From Promethearchaeota archaeon (GTDB lineage Archaea > Asgardarchaeota > Thorarchaeia > Thorarchaeales > Thorarchaeaceae): 64,000 nt of DNA. The DNA lies in assembly GCA_048939765.1 (NCBI GenBank), contig JBHLPF010000015.1, positions 1 through 64,000 on the forward strand. The letters run 5' to 3'. The notes under the pieces are model-generated. The model was not told the DNA's origin. It saw nothing but the letters and a program-made list of their open reading frames with translations, and searched no databases. The stretch's first letter is position 1. Every line of letters starts with the position of its first letter. Position numbers and translations under genes: made by a program. Below, one piece after another: positions 17,563-27,393 of the stretch.

Positions 17563-18960
17563 TTATTGGCTAGTTTGCGCTCGTGAGTATGCACCCTCGA
17601 GTTCTCTTTCCATTGCCGACGGAATCACAGTCTTGGTGAAGTCGCCATCCTTCTTTCTGATGAAGACGTAGAGCAAGGTGACATACACTATGTCAAACGT
17701 GCGCAATACTAGTGATACTGGAATTCCTGCCAATACTGCGAAGACAACTCCTAGCACTATAGCTGCAATCAGATCCCCAGAAAAAGCAACCCAGCCTACG
17801 ACTGCGCCTCCAAGTGCAAAACCAAGGAAGAATATGACCGCCAGAACAGCAAAACCCCATCTTACTGCGGTCTCTTTGATCATGACATCTACAAAATTGT
17901 TCTTGACGAGACCTGCACTTCTCTTGATGCCATCCTTGGCCCCAAGTTCCTCAGCCACCATTGCAGGGATCGTGAAGTAATTCAGGAGCGCCCAAATCCA
18001 TCCTATTATCCCACCTGCTGCGCGACCAACCGCTGCTCCTCCAGCGCCGCCAACTTCTCGTCCCAGCCGTTGAAGAATCAATCTTACAATGACGACTAGC
18101 ACACTCATAATGCTGAGAGCAATGATGCCAGTGATAACACCCAAAGATGACCTGACCCCGTCACCTAGGTCGGGGTCTCTGCCCCGCATGTAGAGGTATA
18201 CCATCGCAGATGAGGTACCATATGCGAAGTTGTAGAAGAATATTGTAGCAAAGAGATACAGGACGATACCAATGCCTGCAACCCATCCAGTTTCTATGGT
18301 TAGGTCTTGAGCGCCTGAAATTATCTGCAGTGCACTTCCTCCAGATAGGACATCAATTGAATAGAAGGCAATTCCTCCAAACATTACTGCTGAAATTAGG
18401 GTGAAGATCATCACGAACGTTGGCGGAACGAAGACGCCTTTTTCATCAAGACATACTTGCCCGGTCAGTTTAATGATCTCGCCTGCACGGCGGACTCTAT
18501 CTCGAAACACTGTGAACAGCAGAATCGTGAGAAATAGTGTAAAGAGTCCTGGTATCAGGACTGGCCAAGAAAATGGACCTCCAACAGCCAGAATCACAAT
18601 TGGAATGGCTAGTGTCATTAGGTTCATGAAGAAAGCGCCAACGTAGATCAGTGTCCCTCCCAATCTCTTTGCCAGCCATGAGGCACCGAATGCTACAAAG
18701 AGACTCAGTAGGATGATCCCAAACACAATAGCTGCAATTGCTATCGCGGCATCAGTCGGTGATATCACTAGGCTCACGACTGACAGGATGTCGTTGATGG
18801 CATTCATCACTTGGGTTCCATAGGAAGCCCAGATTCCCATCAACGAATAGATGCCTGCTGCGATGAAAGCTCCAAGAACGATTACAACTCCAAGCACTGC
18901 TTTTCCGTGGCTTGGATAATTCTGATTATCATGATACTCTATCACATCAGTACGTGCCAA
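17563..18960 (-). CDS. Polytopic membrane protein, DUF6159/choline transporter-like (CTL)
   Basis: About 10 TM; RDRVRRAGEIIK and W.LLNYFTIPAMVAE..G.KDGIKRS motifs. Confidence 0.7.
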   Translation of the reverse strand: MARTDVIEYHDNQNYPSHGKAVLGVVIVLGAFIAAGIYSLMGIWASYGTQVMNAINDILSVVSLVISPTDAAIAIAAIVFGIILLSLFVAFGASWLAKRLGGTLIYVGAFFMNLMTLAIPIVILAVGGPFSWPVLIPGLFTLFLTILLFTVFRDRVRRAGEIIKLTGQVCLDEKGVFVPPTFVMIFTLISAVMFGGIAFYSIDVLSGGSALQIISGAQDLTIETGWVAGIGIVLYLFATIFFYNFAYGTSSAMVYLYMRGRDPDLGDGVRSSLGVITGIIALSIMSVLVVIVRLILQRLGREVGGAGGAAVGRAAGGIIGWIWALLNYFTIPAMVAEELGAKDGIKRSAGLVKNNFVDVMIKETAVRWGFAVLAVIFFLGFALGGAVVGWVAFSGDLIAAIVLGVVFAVLAGIPVSLVLRTFDIVYVTLLYVFIRKKDGDFTKTVIPSAMERELEGAYSRAQTSQ

Positions 18961-19106
18961 CTAATCTCCTCCAATTAGTAGTAAACACTTGACTCAACTT
19001 CTCATCTGTTACAGTTAAATCTTAGCAACGGTAGCCACAGAGAAGCATAGTAAGCTGCAAAACACCTATGCCAATATATTTCAGAGGGATAAAGGAACGT
19101 AATGCC

Positions 19107-19580
19107 ATGGAATCTATAACTTACTGTGAACCAGACCACATCTTCTGCAGGGCAAATAAAATCCTCTTTGCTGGTGATGGTAGTGAAAATGCCGCCAAAG
19201 CAATGAAGGTGGCAATTGAGCTTGCAGAGCTGACGAATTCCAAGCTCTTCATTGTTCATGTTGTACCCACACCAACAGTCAAGCAGATGGCAGTGATGAC
19301 TAGTATGAGCCAAGAGGAAGTCATGGACAAGTATGTTAAGAATGGAGAGATTCTCTTGAAAGGCTACAAAGATTCGGCATTGGAATACAATCTTAATGTC
19401 GAAACAATTCTTGAGAGAAGCGCGCCATCAGAGGGAATTCTTGCAGTAGCTAAGGCTAAGGAAGTGGACCTAATTGTGATTGGTTCAAGAGGTGCATCTG
19501 GCGGAAGACGTGCCGGCATGGGCAGCAATACAGAACGAATTGTAATGAACTCCGAATGTCCAGTTCTGGTAGTGAAGTAG
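19107..19580 (+). CDS. Universal stress protein (UspA family)
   Basis: KILFAGDGS, IVHVV, DLIVIGSRG, GSNTERIV...CPVLVV; start uncertain. Confidence 0.9.
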   Translation: MESITYCEPDHIFCRANKILFAGDGSENAAKAMKVAIELAELTNSKLFIVHVVPTPTVKQMAVMTSMSQEEVMDKYVKNGEILLKGYKDSALEYNLNVETILERSAPSEGILAVAKAKEVDLIVIGSRGASGGRRAGMGSNTERIVMNSECPVLVVK

Positions 19581-19692
19581 TGCCTAGGAAATGATGGCAA
19601 ACAAGGAACTCGAATTACTCTAACTCCCTTATCTGATGGCAAGCGAAATCCGTTTAATAGCGATTGCTTCCCAACTCGTATTGTGACTAGAG

Positions 19693-21108
19693 ATGAATAA
19701 AGAGGAGAGGCAACATGCTCACGTGAATGTGAAGCCACTCCGCCAGCTATTTCATTTCTCACACTTCTCGCATTTCTACAGGCTTTATGTTCCTGCATCT
19801 CTGCTGATTGGCATCGTCTGCGGATTGTTCATGGCAATCTTTCAGTTTCTCATAGACCAGACTACTAATGCGTTCGCCGGACTGCCTGTGTTCCTTGTTC
19901 CGCTCCTTGGAGGAGGGTTCTCTGGCTTGATGATATACTTCGGCCGAAGAGAGATTGAAGGAAGTGGTATCTCAAAGGCCATTGAACTCACGCATGATCC
20001 GCAAGAACTCGTGTCTTCTACTGCTGTCACGAAGATGATTGCTACATCGGTTTCAATTGGGACCGGAAATCCTGTAGGCCGGGAAGGTCCTGCAGTCCTT
20101 ATTGGTGCCGCTCTAGGGAATTATATCGGGAGGCAGATTGGATATGACAATCCCGCCCATCTTCGTGTCTTCATTATGATGGGTTCGGCAGCCTGCACTG
20201 CTGGGATTTACAAAGCTCCCCTTGGAGGCGCGTTGTTCGCCTCAGAAGCCCCGTACAAACGTGATGCGCGGTTGGGCTATTTTGTACCCACAGTCTTAGC
20301 GGCAATAACATCCTACATCATCTTTGCTGTAATCTATGGGATAGATTCGCTCCTCAGTCTACAGATTGATTTCACTATGACGCTCGAAGTCATTCCACTA
20401 GTCCTCCTTTTGGGTATCTTTGCTGGAGTAATATCACTATTCTTCTCAGTCTTTCTAATGGCCACCCGCAATTTCTTCTCGCTTAGACTGCCCGACTGGG
20501 CTGACCCGGTGGCTGGCTCATTATGTGCATGTGCAATATTGTTCCTTGCTGGTCTATGGTTGGATCCGCGATACACTATTGCAGGACTTGGCTACGATGT
20601 TATCGAGCTTATCGCATCTCCTAGCACCTCACTACCTATCACAGCCTTGCTCTTGTTGATGATTGGCAAACTCCTAGCTTCTTCGTTTGTAGTGGCTGGA
20701 AGAGTGTCAGGTGGCGTACTTGCATCATCGATTTTCGTCGGCGCAATGCTAGGGGCTGCATTCGGTCATATATTTGCTCCCCATTATCTTGCTGCTTTTG
20801 TCGTTCTCGGCATGGGCGCAGTGCTTGCAGCAACAACAAATACACCGGTCGCTACCATAGTTCTGATTCTTGAGATCAGTCATTCGTTTGACCTTCTTAT
20901 TCCAATAGCAATCTGCATCTGTGTATCTTATCTCCTGGCAGGTGGAACATCTCTCTATGAAGGGCAGAAAGTCACCAGAGATGACGAAGATCCTGGGTAC
21001 TATGCCAACATCAATGTACAACCAGAAGAGATGGCTCTGGACCTCTTTCACGACGATGCAAATCCTGTCAATCATGAGCCCTCTCGCAATCTAGATGTTG
21101 ATGATTGA
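19693..21108 (+). CDS. CLC-family chloride channel/antiporter
   Basis: GSGIS, GREGP, APLGGALF.SE, many TMs, SLY motif; no CBS domains. Confidence 0.92.
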   Translation: MNKEERQHAHVNVKPLRQLFHFSHFSHFYRLYVPASLLIGIVCGLFMAIFQFLIDQTTNAFAGLPVFLVPLLGGGFSGLMIYFGRREIEGSGISKAIELTHDPQELVSSTAVTKMIATSVSIGTGNPVGREGPAVLIGAALGNYIGRQIGYDNPAHLRVFIMMGSAACTAGIYKAPLGGALFASEAPYKRDARLGYFVPTVLAAITSYIIFAVIYGIDSLLSLQIDFTMTLEVIPLVLLLGIFAGVISLFFSVFLMATRNFFSLRLPDWADPVAGSLCACAILFLAGLWLDPRYTIAGLGYDVIELIASPSTSLPITALLLLMIGKLLASSFVVAGRVSGGVLASSIFVGAMLGAAFGHIFAPHYLAAFVVLGMGAVLAATTNTPVATIVLILEISHSFDLLIPIAICICVSYLLAGGTSLYEGQKVTRDDEDPGYYANINVQPEEMALDLFHDDANPVNHEPSRNLDVDD

Positions 21109-21211
21109 TACCCGCTACTTGAATAAGTTAATAGGCGCATACATCAAGAGCCTATTTCGGCCCCTTTTCCGGGGATGATTCGCCAGTATTGCGTCCCAGG
21201 AGGATTCTGAT

Positions 21212-23881
21212 ATGAGAAAAGGTCTGATTTGCACGCTGCTCCTCACGCTGTTTCTAATCCCGCTTATCCCCTCCCTTCCAACCTATTTTGGTGCAGAGGA
21301 TTCTGACACTCAACTTAACTCACGAATCAAGCCTATTGATTTTCACGCCATGACTGAAACCTTTGGTTCTGAGATTCCTTTAGTAGTCGAGTTTGCTCAA
21401 CCATTGACAGAGATTCAGATTTTGAATCTTGAAGCGAATGGTATTAGATTCACTTTTGGCACTCCATCAATGAGTCAAGTTGGGAACCACTATCTAATCA
21501 GAGGCTCTCCTGATGGCTTGACAACAATGTATGAGTCAGGAGTCTTTGATAGTGTATCCTTCGAGACTCCTATGAAGCACTTGCATGCACCAAGAGATGT
21601 ATCGATTCCTGAGATCGGTGCTGATGACGTTTGGGCTACTCTTGATGACCTGAGTCAAAATGTTACCGGCAAAGGACTCCTCATAGCTGACTTGGATTCT
21701 GGAGTTGACTGGACTCATCCTGATCTATGGTTTGCTGATGGTGGTTCATACGACTGGCTAGATGGTGTCCCTGATTCATTATTCACCAATGGAAGCGACG
21801 GAGTAGATCTCAACTTCGACCTAGCTCTACAACCAGATGAAACCCTCTACGCTATTGATTTAGATCGAGATGGGATTTTTGATACCACTACTGAATGGAT
21901 TTGGGCTGATAATGTCACCCAAGATGGCCAGATTCAGATAGGAGAGCCATTCTTCGTTGTAAATGATACCAATGACAATGGACAACTAGATCTTGGTGAG
22001 CAACTCGTTATGCTAAAAACACCAAAGACAAAGTACATCGTGGAGGGAGATGGTACACCTGCAAGCAATGAACAAGTCTGGGTACGGGGAGTTAATCTCA
22101 CAACAAGTACACATGTAGACGATAATGGACACGGAACGGCAGTATCAGGCATTCTCCTTGGTGGACAACTCGGATTCAGGAAATACATGGGCGTCGCCCC
22201 TGATGCAGAATTAATGATGATAAAGGTCCTCAGTGAGAACTATACTAAGTATGACTGGCTCTATGTTGAGGATGGCCTAACCTATGCGTACACTCATGGA
22301 GCAGATGTCATTCTCACAGAGATTGGCTCTTGGACGTACGAATTCTTGGATGGAAGTTCAGCCGCTGCTACATTAATCGATACAATAGTGGCTGCTGGAA
22401 TTCCAGTTATATCTCCAAGTGGAAACCTTGGAGGTAGCAACAAACATGCACGTTTTACTGCTATTTCAAATACGCCATATTACGTCGATTTCGACCTACC
22501 TTCTACAATTGAGATCTATGATGTCTACCTAACGGTATTATCGATTAACGACACTGATTTTGCAGCATGCAATTTCAGCCTGATCTTCAATCTTCAATCT
22601 TGGAGTGCAGGGACCGGCCATGTTGTGTTCCTTCACCCTGGCATTGGATATCCAAGTATATTCACTCAGAAAGTGATTACTGTAGGTGTCAAGGATCTAT
22701 GGGTTGAGTCCTTCATAGACACTTCATCTCGTGGCACGAGAATGATTGGTATCCATATCTGGGCCACCGATCCTGGATCTCCACTCCCCGGCTCCATCAT
22801 TCCCTTGCCGGTCATCACCGGGCCTCCATTTGATCAACTGAATATCACTGCACCTTTTGACACCACCTTCCACGCATATATCTCCGACTCAGCTACATCC
22901 TGGTCTGGAGGAGCCACCTGGATCACAGATGCAACTGACGACTATCATATTACTTGGCCGTCGACTGCTGACTCCGCCTTGAGTGTCGCAAGCTATCGTA
23001 CTCGTAATCTCGTTTCTCCTGAGGTCATAGGTGACATAGCGAGCTTCTCATCACGTGGCCCTAGGATTGATGAAACTGAGAAGCAGGGCATTGCAGCCCC
23101 TGGCGGATTTGACATTGTCACTGACTACACAAACGATTCAGCGTGGACTTCGTGGTATAATGATGGGGGCAGTCTTCCTTTTGATGAGAGATTTGGAAGC
23201 TATCGTCTATTCAGCGGTACAAGCGCATCAGGCCCACACGTTGCAGGTACAGCTGCTTTGATGCTTCAGGTTGACTCCTCTGTAGGCAGTATGGTTGCTG
23301 ACATCATCAAGGGCACAGCACGCAGAGATGCATACACAGGTGCAGTACATAATCCAATTTGGGGATATGGGAAGCTGAATGCATCTGCAGCGGTTGAATT
23401 CACATCTCAAGATCTGGTGGGACCAGCTATAGGAGTTCCCGATTATGAGCCTCCGCATCCTACTGATGCAGATGATGTGAACGTCAGTGTAACTGTGACG
23501 GACTTTAGTGGAGTCGATTCAGTTATACTCGCATACCACAATGGAACTCATTGGAACAACGTGACTATGGTATGGAATGGAACCCATTATGTCGCGACCA
23601 TCCCCGCTCTATCGATAGGTACTACTGTAACATATCGGATATACTCGAATGACACGTTAGACAATTGGTCCACTTCATCTGATTACCAGTATATAGTTGG
23701 GTCACCAATCACAACCCCAACAACCCCAACAACCCCGACAACCACAACGACAAGTGCGCCTACAACAACGCCGCCTCCGATTCCAGAGATCCCTAATTAC
23801 TTGAGAATAGCCATCATGCTTGGATTCATCCTGTTACTGATTGTCTTCTCAATAGTACTCTCCAGAAGACGGGCAAAATAG
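21212..23881 (+). CDS. Secreted, C-terminally anchored S8 subtilase
   Basis: Signal peptide; catalytic DLDSG, HGT, GTSAS; Thr/Pro linker; C-terminal TM plus RRRAK. Confidence 0.92.
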   Translation: MRKGLICTLLLTLFLIPLIPSLPTYFGAEDSDTQLNSRIKPIDFHAMTETFGSEIPLVVEFAQPLTEIQILNLEANGIRFTFGTPSMSQVGNHYLIRGSPDGLTTMYESGVFDSVSFETPMKHLHAPRDVSIPEIGADDVWATLDDLSQNVTGKGLLIADLDSGVDWTHPDLWFADGGSYDWLDGVPDSLFTNGSDGVDLNFDLALQPDETLYAIDLDRDGIFDTTTEWIWADNVTQDGQIQIGEPFFVVNDTNDNGQLDLGEQLVMLKTPKTKYIVEGDGTPASNEQVWVRGVNLTTSTHVDDNGHGTAVSGILLGGQLGFRKYMGVAPDAELMMIKVLSENYTKYDWLYVEDGLTYAYTHGADVILTEIGSWTYEFLDGSSAAATLIDTIVAAGIPVISPSGNLGGSNKHARFTAISNTPYYVDFDLPSTIEIYDVYLTVLSINDTDFAACNFSLIFNLQSWSAGTGHVVFLHPGIGYPSIFTQKVITVGVKDLWVESFIDTSSRGTRMIGIHIWATDPGSPLPGSIIPLPVITGPPFDQLNITAPFDTTFHAYISDSATSWSGGATWITDATDDYHITWPSTADSALSVASYRTRNLVSPEVIGDIASFSSRGPRIDETEKQGIAAPGGFDIVTDYTNDSAWTSWYNDGGSLPFDERFGSYRLFSGTSASGPHVAGTAALMLQVDSSVGSMVADIIKGTARRDAYTGAVHNPIWGYGKLNASAAVEFTSQDLVGPAIGVPDYEPPHPTDADDVNVSVTVTDFSGVDSVILAYHNGTHWNNVTMVWNGTHYVATIPALSIGTTVTYRIYSNDTLDNWSTSSDYQYIVGSPITTPTTPTTPTTTTTSAPTTTPPPIPEIPNYLRIAIMLGFILLLIVFSIVLSRRRAK
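23711..23770 (+). repeat. Thr/Pro-rich coding linker repeat
   Basis: ACAACCCC(A/G) x3 then a Thr run, encoding TTPTTPTTPTTTTTSAPTTT. Confidence 0.8.
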
Positions 23882-23971
23882 TCGGAATGACTAGTCCATG
23901 CTACATACTACACCGATGGAATGTGTTATATGACTAGCATTCCTCGTGAGCCTGAACTCTAACATGAAGGA

Positions 23972-24337
23972 ATGGGATTCAAATTGAAGCGCCTCGGCGG
24001 ATTTAACCTTCGCTTGGAATGGTCTTTGAGGTCCCCGCGGAAATCCATCCCAGTTGAGGTGCTGGTGGATACTGAGAATACAATCATAGTCTTGGACTGT
24101 AGTTGTTGCGAGGAACTCCTAGCGAGTCGGCTACCAGGGGGAGTACTGATTCCAATTGCTTCAAGCCTCAAGTCCTTCTTTGGCACCAAAGACATGCGAA
24201 ACATCGAAGTTCAGGTGACTGGTACTCTAATGAGGCGGACCTATAAGGGAATATGCATGGAAGATACAGTTCCGGAGATTAGGAGTGTATTAGAAGGTGC
24301 TGTTTCCAAGTATAACAAGAAGCGGAAGAAACGATAA
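23972..24337 (+). CDS. Hypothetical protein
   Basis: 121-aa ORF with CSCC motif and basic C-terminus. Confidence 0.7.
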   Translation: MGFKLKRLGGFNLRLEWSLRSPRKSIPVEVLVDTENTIIVLDCSCCEELLASRLPGGVLIPIASSLKSFFGTKDMRNIEVQVTGTLMRRTYKGICMEDTVPEIRSVLEGAVSKYNKKRKKR

Positions 24338-24343
24338 GGAATC

Positions 24344-24383
24344 TGCAGAGAAAAGAGAAGGATTTCGAGCCCTTCTCTCTGCA
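24344..24383. terminator. Hairpin between convergent genes
   Basis: AGAGAAGG/CCTTCTCT stem; alternative outer pairing TGCAGAG/CTCTGCA. Confidence 0.55.
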
Positions 24384-24386
24384 TTC

Positions 24387-25472
24387 TTATTCGTGCTTCT
24401 CTTTGAACTCCACTAAAAAGGCCGCTAAAGCTTCAACACCTGCCTTAGGCATCGCGTTGTAAATTGATGCTCTCATTCCGCCAACTGATCTGTGGCCTTT
24501 GAGTCCAACGAGCCCTCTAGCTGTGCTTTCTTCTGCGAATTCCTTCTCGAGGTCCTCTGATGGCAATCTGAATGTTACATTCATGAGTGACCTCGAATCC
24601 TTTCTAGCATGACCACTGTAGAAGCCATCAGAAGAGTCGATTGCATCATATAGAATCTTGGCCTTCGCCCTATTCCTCTTCTCAATCTCCACGATTCCGC
24701 CCTCACCTTTCCAATAGTCAAGTGCAAGTTTGCAAACATATATCGCGAAGCAGGGAGGGGTATGAAACAGTGAGTTCTTTTCAGCCTCAGTCTTCCACTT
24801 GAGTAGAGTTGGTGTGTCTGCTGGTACTCTATCTAAAAGATCTTCTCTGACAATAACGAGTGTGACACCTGCAGGTCCGAGGTTCTTCTGTGCACCTGCG
24901 AATATCACGCCGAAATCGTTCACATCTATTTCTCTCGCCATCATGTCTGATGAGAAATCACACACCAATGGGACGTCATCCGGTACATCGGGCCATTCAT
25001 GCCATTCCGTGCCGTAGATTGTATTGTTACTGGCAATATGCCCGTATGATGCATTTTCACTGAATCTTACACCACGCGGGATGTAGCTGTATTTCTCATC
25101 TGCAGAAGATGCTATTATTTCAACGTCTTCATAGAGCTTCGCCTCCTTGATCGCCTTTGAGGTCCATGCTCCGGTGTCAGCAAATTGGATTGGTTTTCCA
25201 GGGATGTGCAGATTCACAGGAACCATATAGAATTGAGTTGATGCGCCACCTTGAAGCCAGAGAATCTTGTAGTTTTCAGGGACTCCCATGAGTTCCCGAA
25301 CCAAATCACTCGCTTCATCATGCACCTTATCATACTCCTTCGACCTGTGGGAAATCTCAAGAATCGACATACCTGTACCAGCGAAATCCAATAGCTCCTC
25401 CTGCGCTTTCTCCAATGCGGGCAGTGGGAGAGTTGCAGGTCCTGCATAGAAATTGTATACACGTTTAACCAT
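24387..25472 (-). CDS. serC: Phosphoserine aminotransferase (bacterial-type)
   Basis: NFYAGPATLP, EISHRS, QGGAS, NNTIYG, GAQKNLGPAG, GHRSVGGMRASIYNA. Confidence 0.96.
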   Translation of the reverse strand: MVKRVYNFYAGPATLPLPALEKAQEELLDFAGTGMSILEISHRSKEYDKVHDEASDLVRELMGVPENYKILWLQGGASTQFYMVPVNLHIPGKPIQFADTGAWTSKAIKEAKLYEDVEIIASSADEKYSYIPRGVRFSENASYGHIASNNTIYGTEWHEWPDVPDDVPLVCDFSSDMMAREIDVNDFGVIFAGAQKNLGPAGVTLVIVREDLLDRVPADTPTLLKWKTEAEKNSLFHTPPCFAIYVCKLALDYWKGEGGIVEIEKRNRAKAKILYDAIDSSDGFYSGHARKDSRSLMNVTFRLPSEDLEKEFAEESTARGLVGLKGHRSVGGMRASIYNAMPKAGVEALAAFLVEFKEKHE

Positions 25473-25481
25473 TCAAATCAC

Positions 25482-26813
25482 CTAAAGCAGCTTGTTTATC
25501 GTGAACCCTGTCCAGACTTTGGGATGGAAGAATGTGCTCTTTTGAGGCATGACTTCGATGTTACGCGATACTGCTTCAACTTCTTCAATCCGGGTCGGGT
25601 TCATGAAGAACACGGCTTGAGCTTCTCCTTTCACAGAATTAATTGCTTCATCCACAGCATCTCCAATTCCTTTGACATAAACGACGTATCCACCGCCCTT
25701 CATAGTTCCTTGAGCGAGTTTCTCTTTATCGATTCCAAGCATCGTGTCCAGAATCAGAGTGTGAAGTATTGCTACATCCAGTCTTTTATGTTCAATGGAT
25801 TTGTCTGGCAAGACACCATCCATTACCCTAGAATCCTTCATTGTCAGGCCATAGAATTTGCCGTCATCAATGAATAATCCAAAGGCATGTTCTCCACTGA
25901 TGAACTTCTTGTTCATCAAAGAGAACATCTCGTTCTTATTATCGAACTCTGATATCTCGAAATGTTCCTCGATTGAATCTAGGAGCGTCTTCTTGGAAAA
26001 CTCCTCCAAGTTTTGTACAATGCGATGAGTCGGAAGAACAACAAGTCCTGGATTCGAGATATTCACGAAGGTAAGCATCCTGTGTTTTGCTGATTCCAAT
26101 TCAGGATTTTCCTTTGAGAGAGCGAGCGCGGTTTTGTAGCGATGATGTCCGTCAGCAATGATCACATACTTGTCCTCCATATATTTCGTCACCAGACTTG
26201 TGTCCTCTGGATTGTCAATAATCCAAAGCCTATGACGCACATCATTATTGTCCACCATATCAACGGCAGGCTTCTCGTTCATAGCCTTCTCCAGCACGCT
26301 ATCCACCTGACCTTCATGATCTGGATATATAACGAATATTTGGCCAAATTGAGCCATACATGCCCTGCATAGACTGAGTCTGTCTTGGATGTCCTTTGGG
26401 AGTGTTTCTTCATGTTGAAGCACTCCAGAGAATACATCCTTTCTGGGCGCCTCAGTGGCGAATTCTTCCAGCCGGATGAGACCTATGAATCCGAATCTGA
26501 ACAACTCTTGATCATTCACTTTGAAGTTCTGGCCGTATACATAGAACGACTCCTTGTCGTCTTGCTTCAGAATTCCACTATCCACCCAATTCTTTAGAAG
26601 ATCACGTGCTCTTGTATATTGGTTGACTCTATCTGTATCGCCTTCCTCCGGCTTGTTCTTAATAATCCAAGAGATGTTATACTCTGAAAGAGCCTGAAGT
26701 TCATCCACCATCTTTCCTTTGATAATGTCATAGGGTGGAGTAACTACCCTACTGATTTCTCTCACTTTCGACTCATTATATCTGAATGCTTTGAATGGAA
26801 CAACCCGGACCAA
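25482..26813 (-). CDS. DUF1015 family protein
   Basis: V.PFKAFRY, PPYD, HEETLP, IADGHHR, MPQKSTFFHPK; start reassigned to TTG 26813 after an AGGAGG SD. Confidence 0.9.
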   Translation of the reverse strand: MVRVVPFKAFRYNESKVREISRVVTPPYDIIKGKMVDELQALSEYNISWIIKNKPEEGDTDRVNQYTRARDLLKNWVDSGILKQDDKESFYVYGQNFKVNDQELFRFGFIGLIRLEEFATEAPRKDVFSGVLQHEETLPKDIQDRLSLCRACMAQFGQIFVIYPDHEGQVDSVLEKAMNEKPAVDMVDNNDVRHRLWIIDNPEDTSLVTKYMEDKYVIIADGHHRYKTALALSKENPELESAKHRMLTFVNISNPGLVVLPTHRIVQNLEEFSKKTLLDSIEEHFEISEFDNKNEMFSLMNKKFISGEHAFGLFIDDGKFYGLTMKDSRVMDGVLPDKSIEHKRLDVAILHTLILDTMLGIDKEKLAQGTMKGGGYVVYVKGIGDAVDEAINSVKGEAQAVFFMNPTRIEEVEAVSRNIEVMPQKSTFFHPKVWTGFTINKLL

Positions 26814-26999
26814 TAATACGCTCCTCCTTAGGAAGATGTCCACAGATGTGAATGAAACGCCCGCCGCGTCATCTTCGACATAAGTGTTTCTTTTCCAACC
26901 ATGTTTGATTCGGGAAAAGGGAATTCCGGTACAACAGGCAAACTTAAATGAAAAACGTGAACGAGCACGAGAGCTAAAACCATTAACGAGGAGAGCACT

Positions 27000-27260
27000 G
27001 TGGAGTTCTGCGAGAAGTGCGGTGCAATGATGATCCCCAAGAAGAAGGATGGCAAGCCTATTCTGCAATGTAGAGAATGTGGGCATGAAAGATCAGTAAA
27101 AGCCCCACCTCAATACAAGGTCGAATATCGAATAAAGCATAGTCCTAGAGAGAAGATTGTCGTCTTTGAAGAGAACGAAACTCGTCGGGAAGAAATGACC
27201 GAAGACGAAAGAAGAGAGCGAAGAAAAGAGATTCTAGAGCATTATGAGTCGGAGGATTAA
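27000..27260 (+). CDS. TFS/RpoM/Rpb9-like protein with only the N-terminal zinc ribbon
   Basis: MEFCEKCGAMM.P...LQCRECG; no C-terminal TFIIS ribbon. Confidence 0.8.
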   Translation: MEFCEKCGAMMIPKKKDGKPILQCRECGHERSVKAPPQYKVEYRIKHSPREKIVVFEENETRREEMTEDERRERRKEILEHYESED

Positions 27261-27393
27261 ATCATTCTAGATAATGCTTTAAGCTTGGACAACCATATTG
27301 TACCATCTAAGTAGAAGGGCTGTTGAACTATTGCTGGTTAATCTAGGAGGTGCTCTTCTCATACTGGTCTTCTAGTTTCCAGGAGGTATTCTA

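Noticed and set aside
19581-19692. Possible fluoride riboswitch upstream of the CLC gene
   Set aside because: No crcB-motif consensus is visible and the CLC lacks CLC-F signatures.
26814-27086. N-terminal extension of the 534-aa ORF
   Set aside because: It overlaps the TFS-like gene; DUF1015 homology and an SD begin at TTG 26813.
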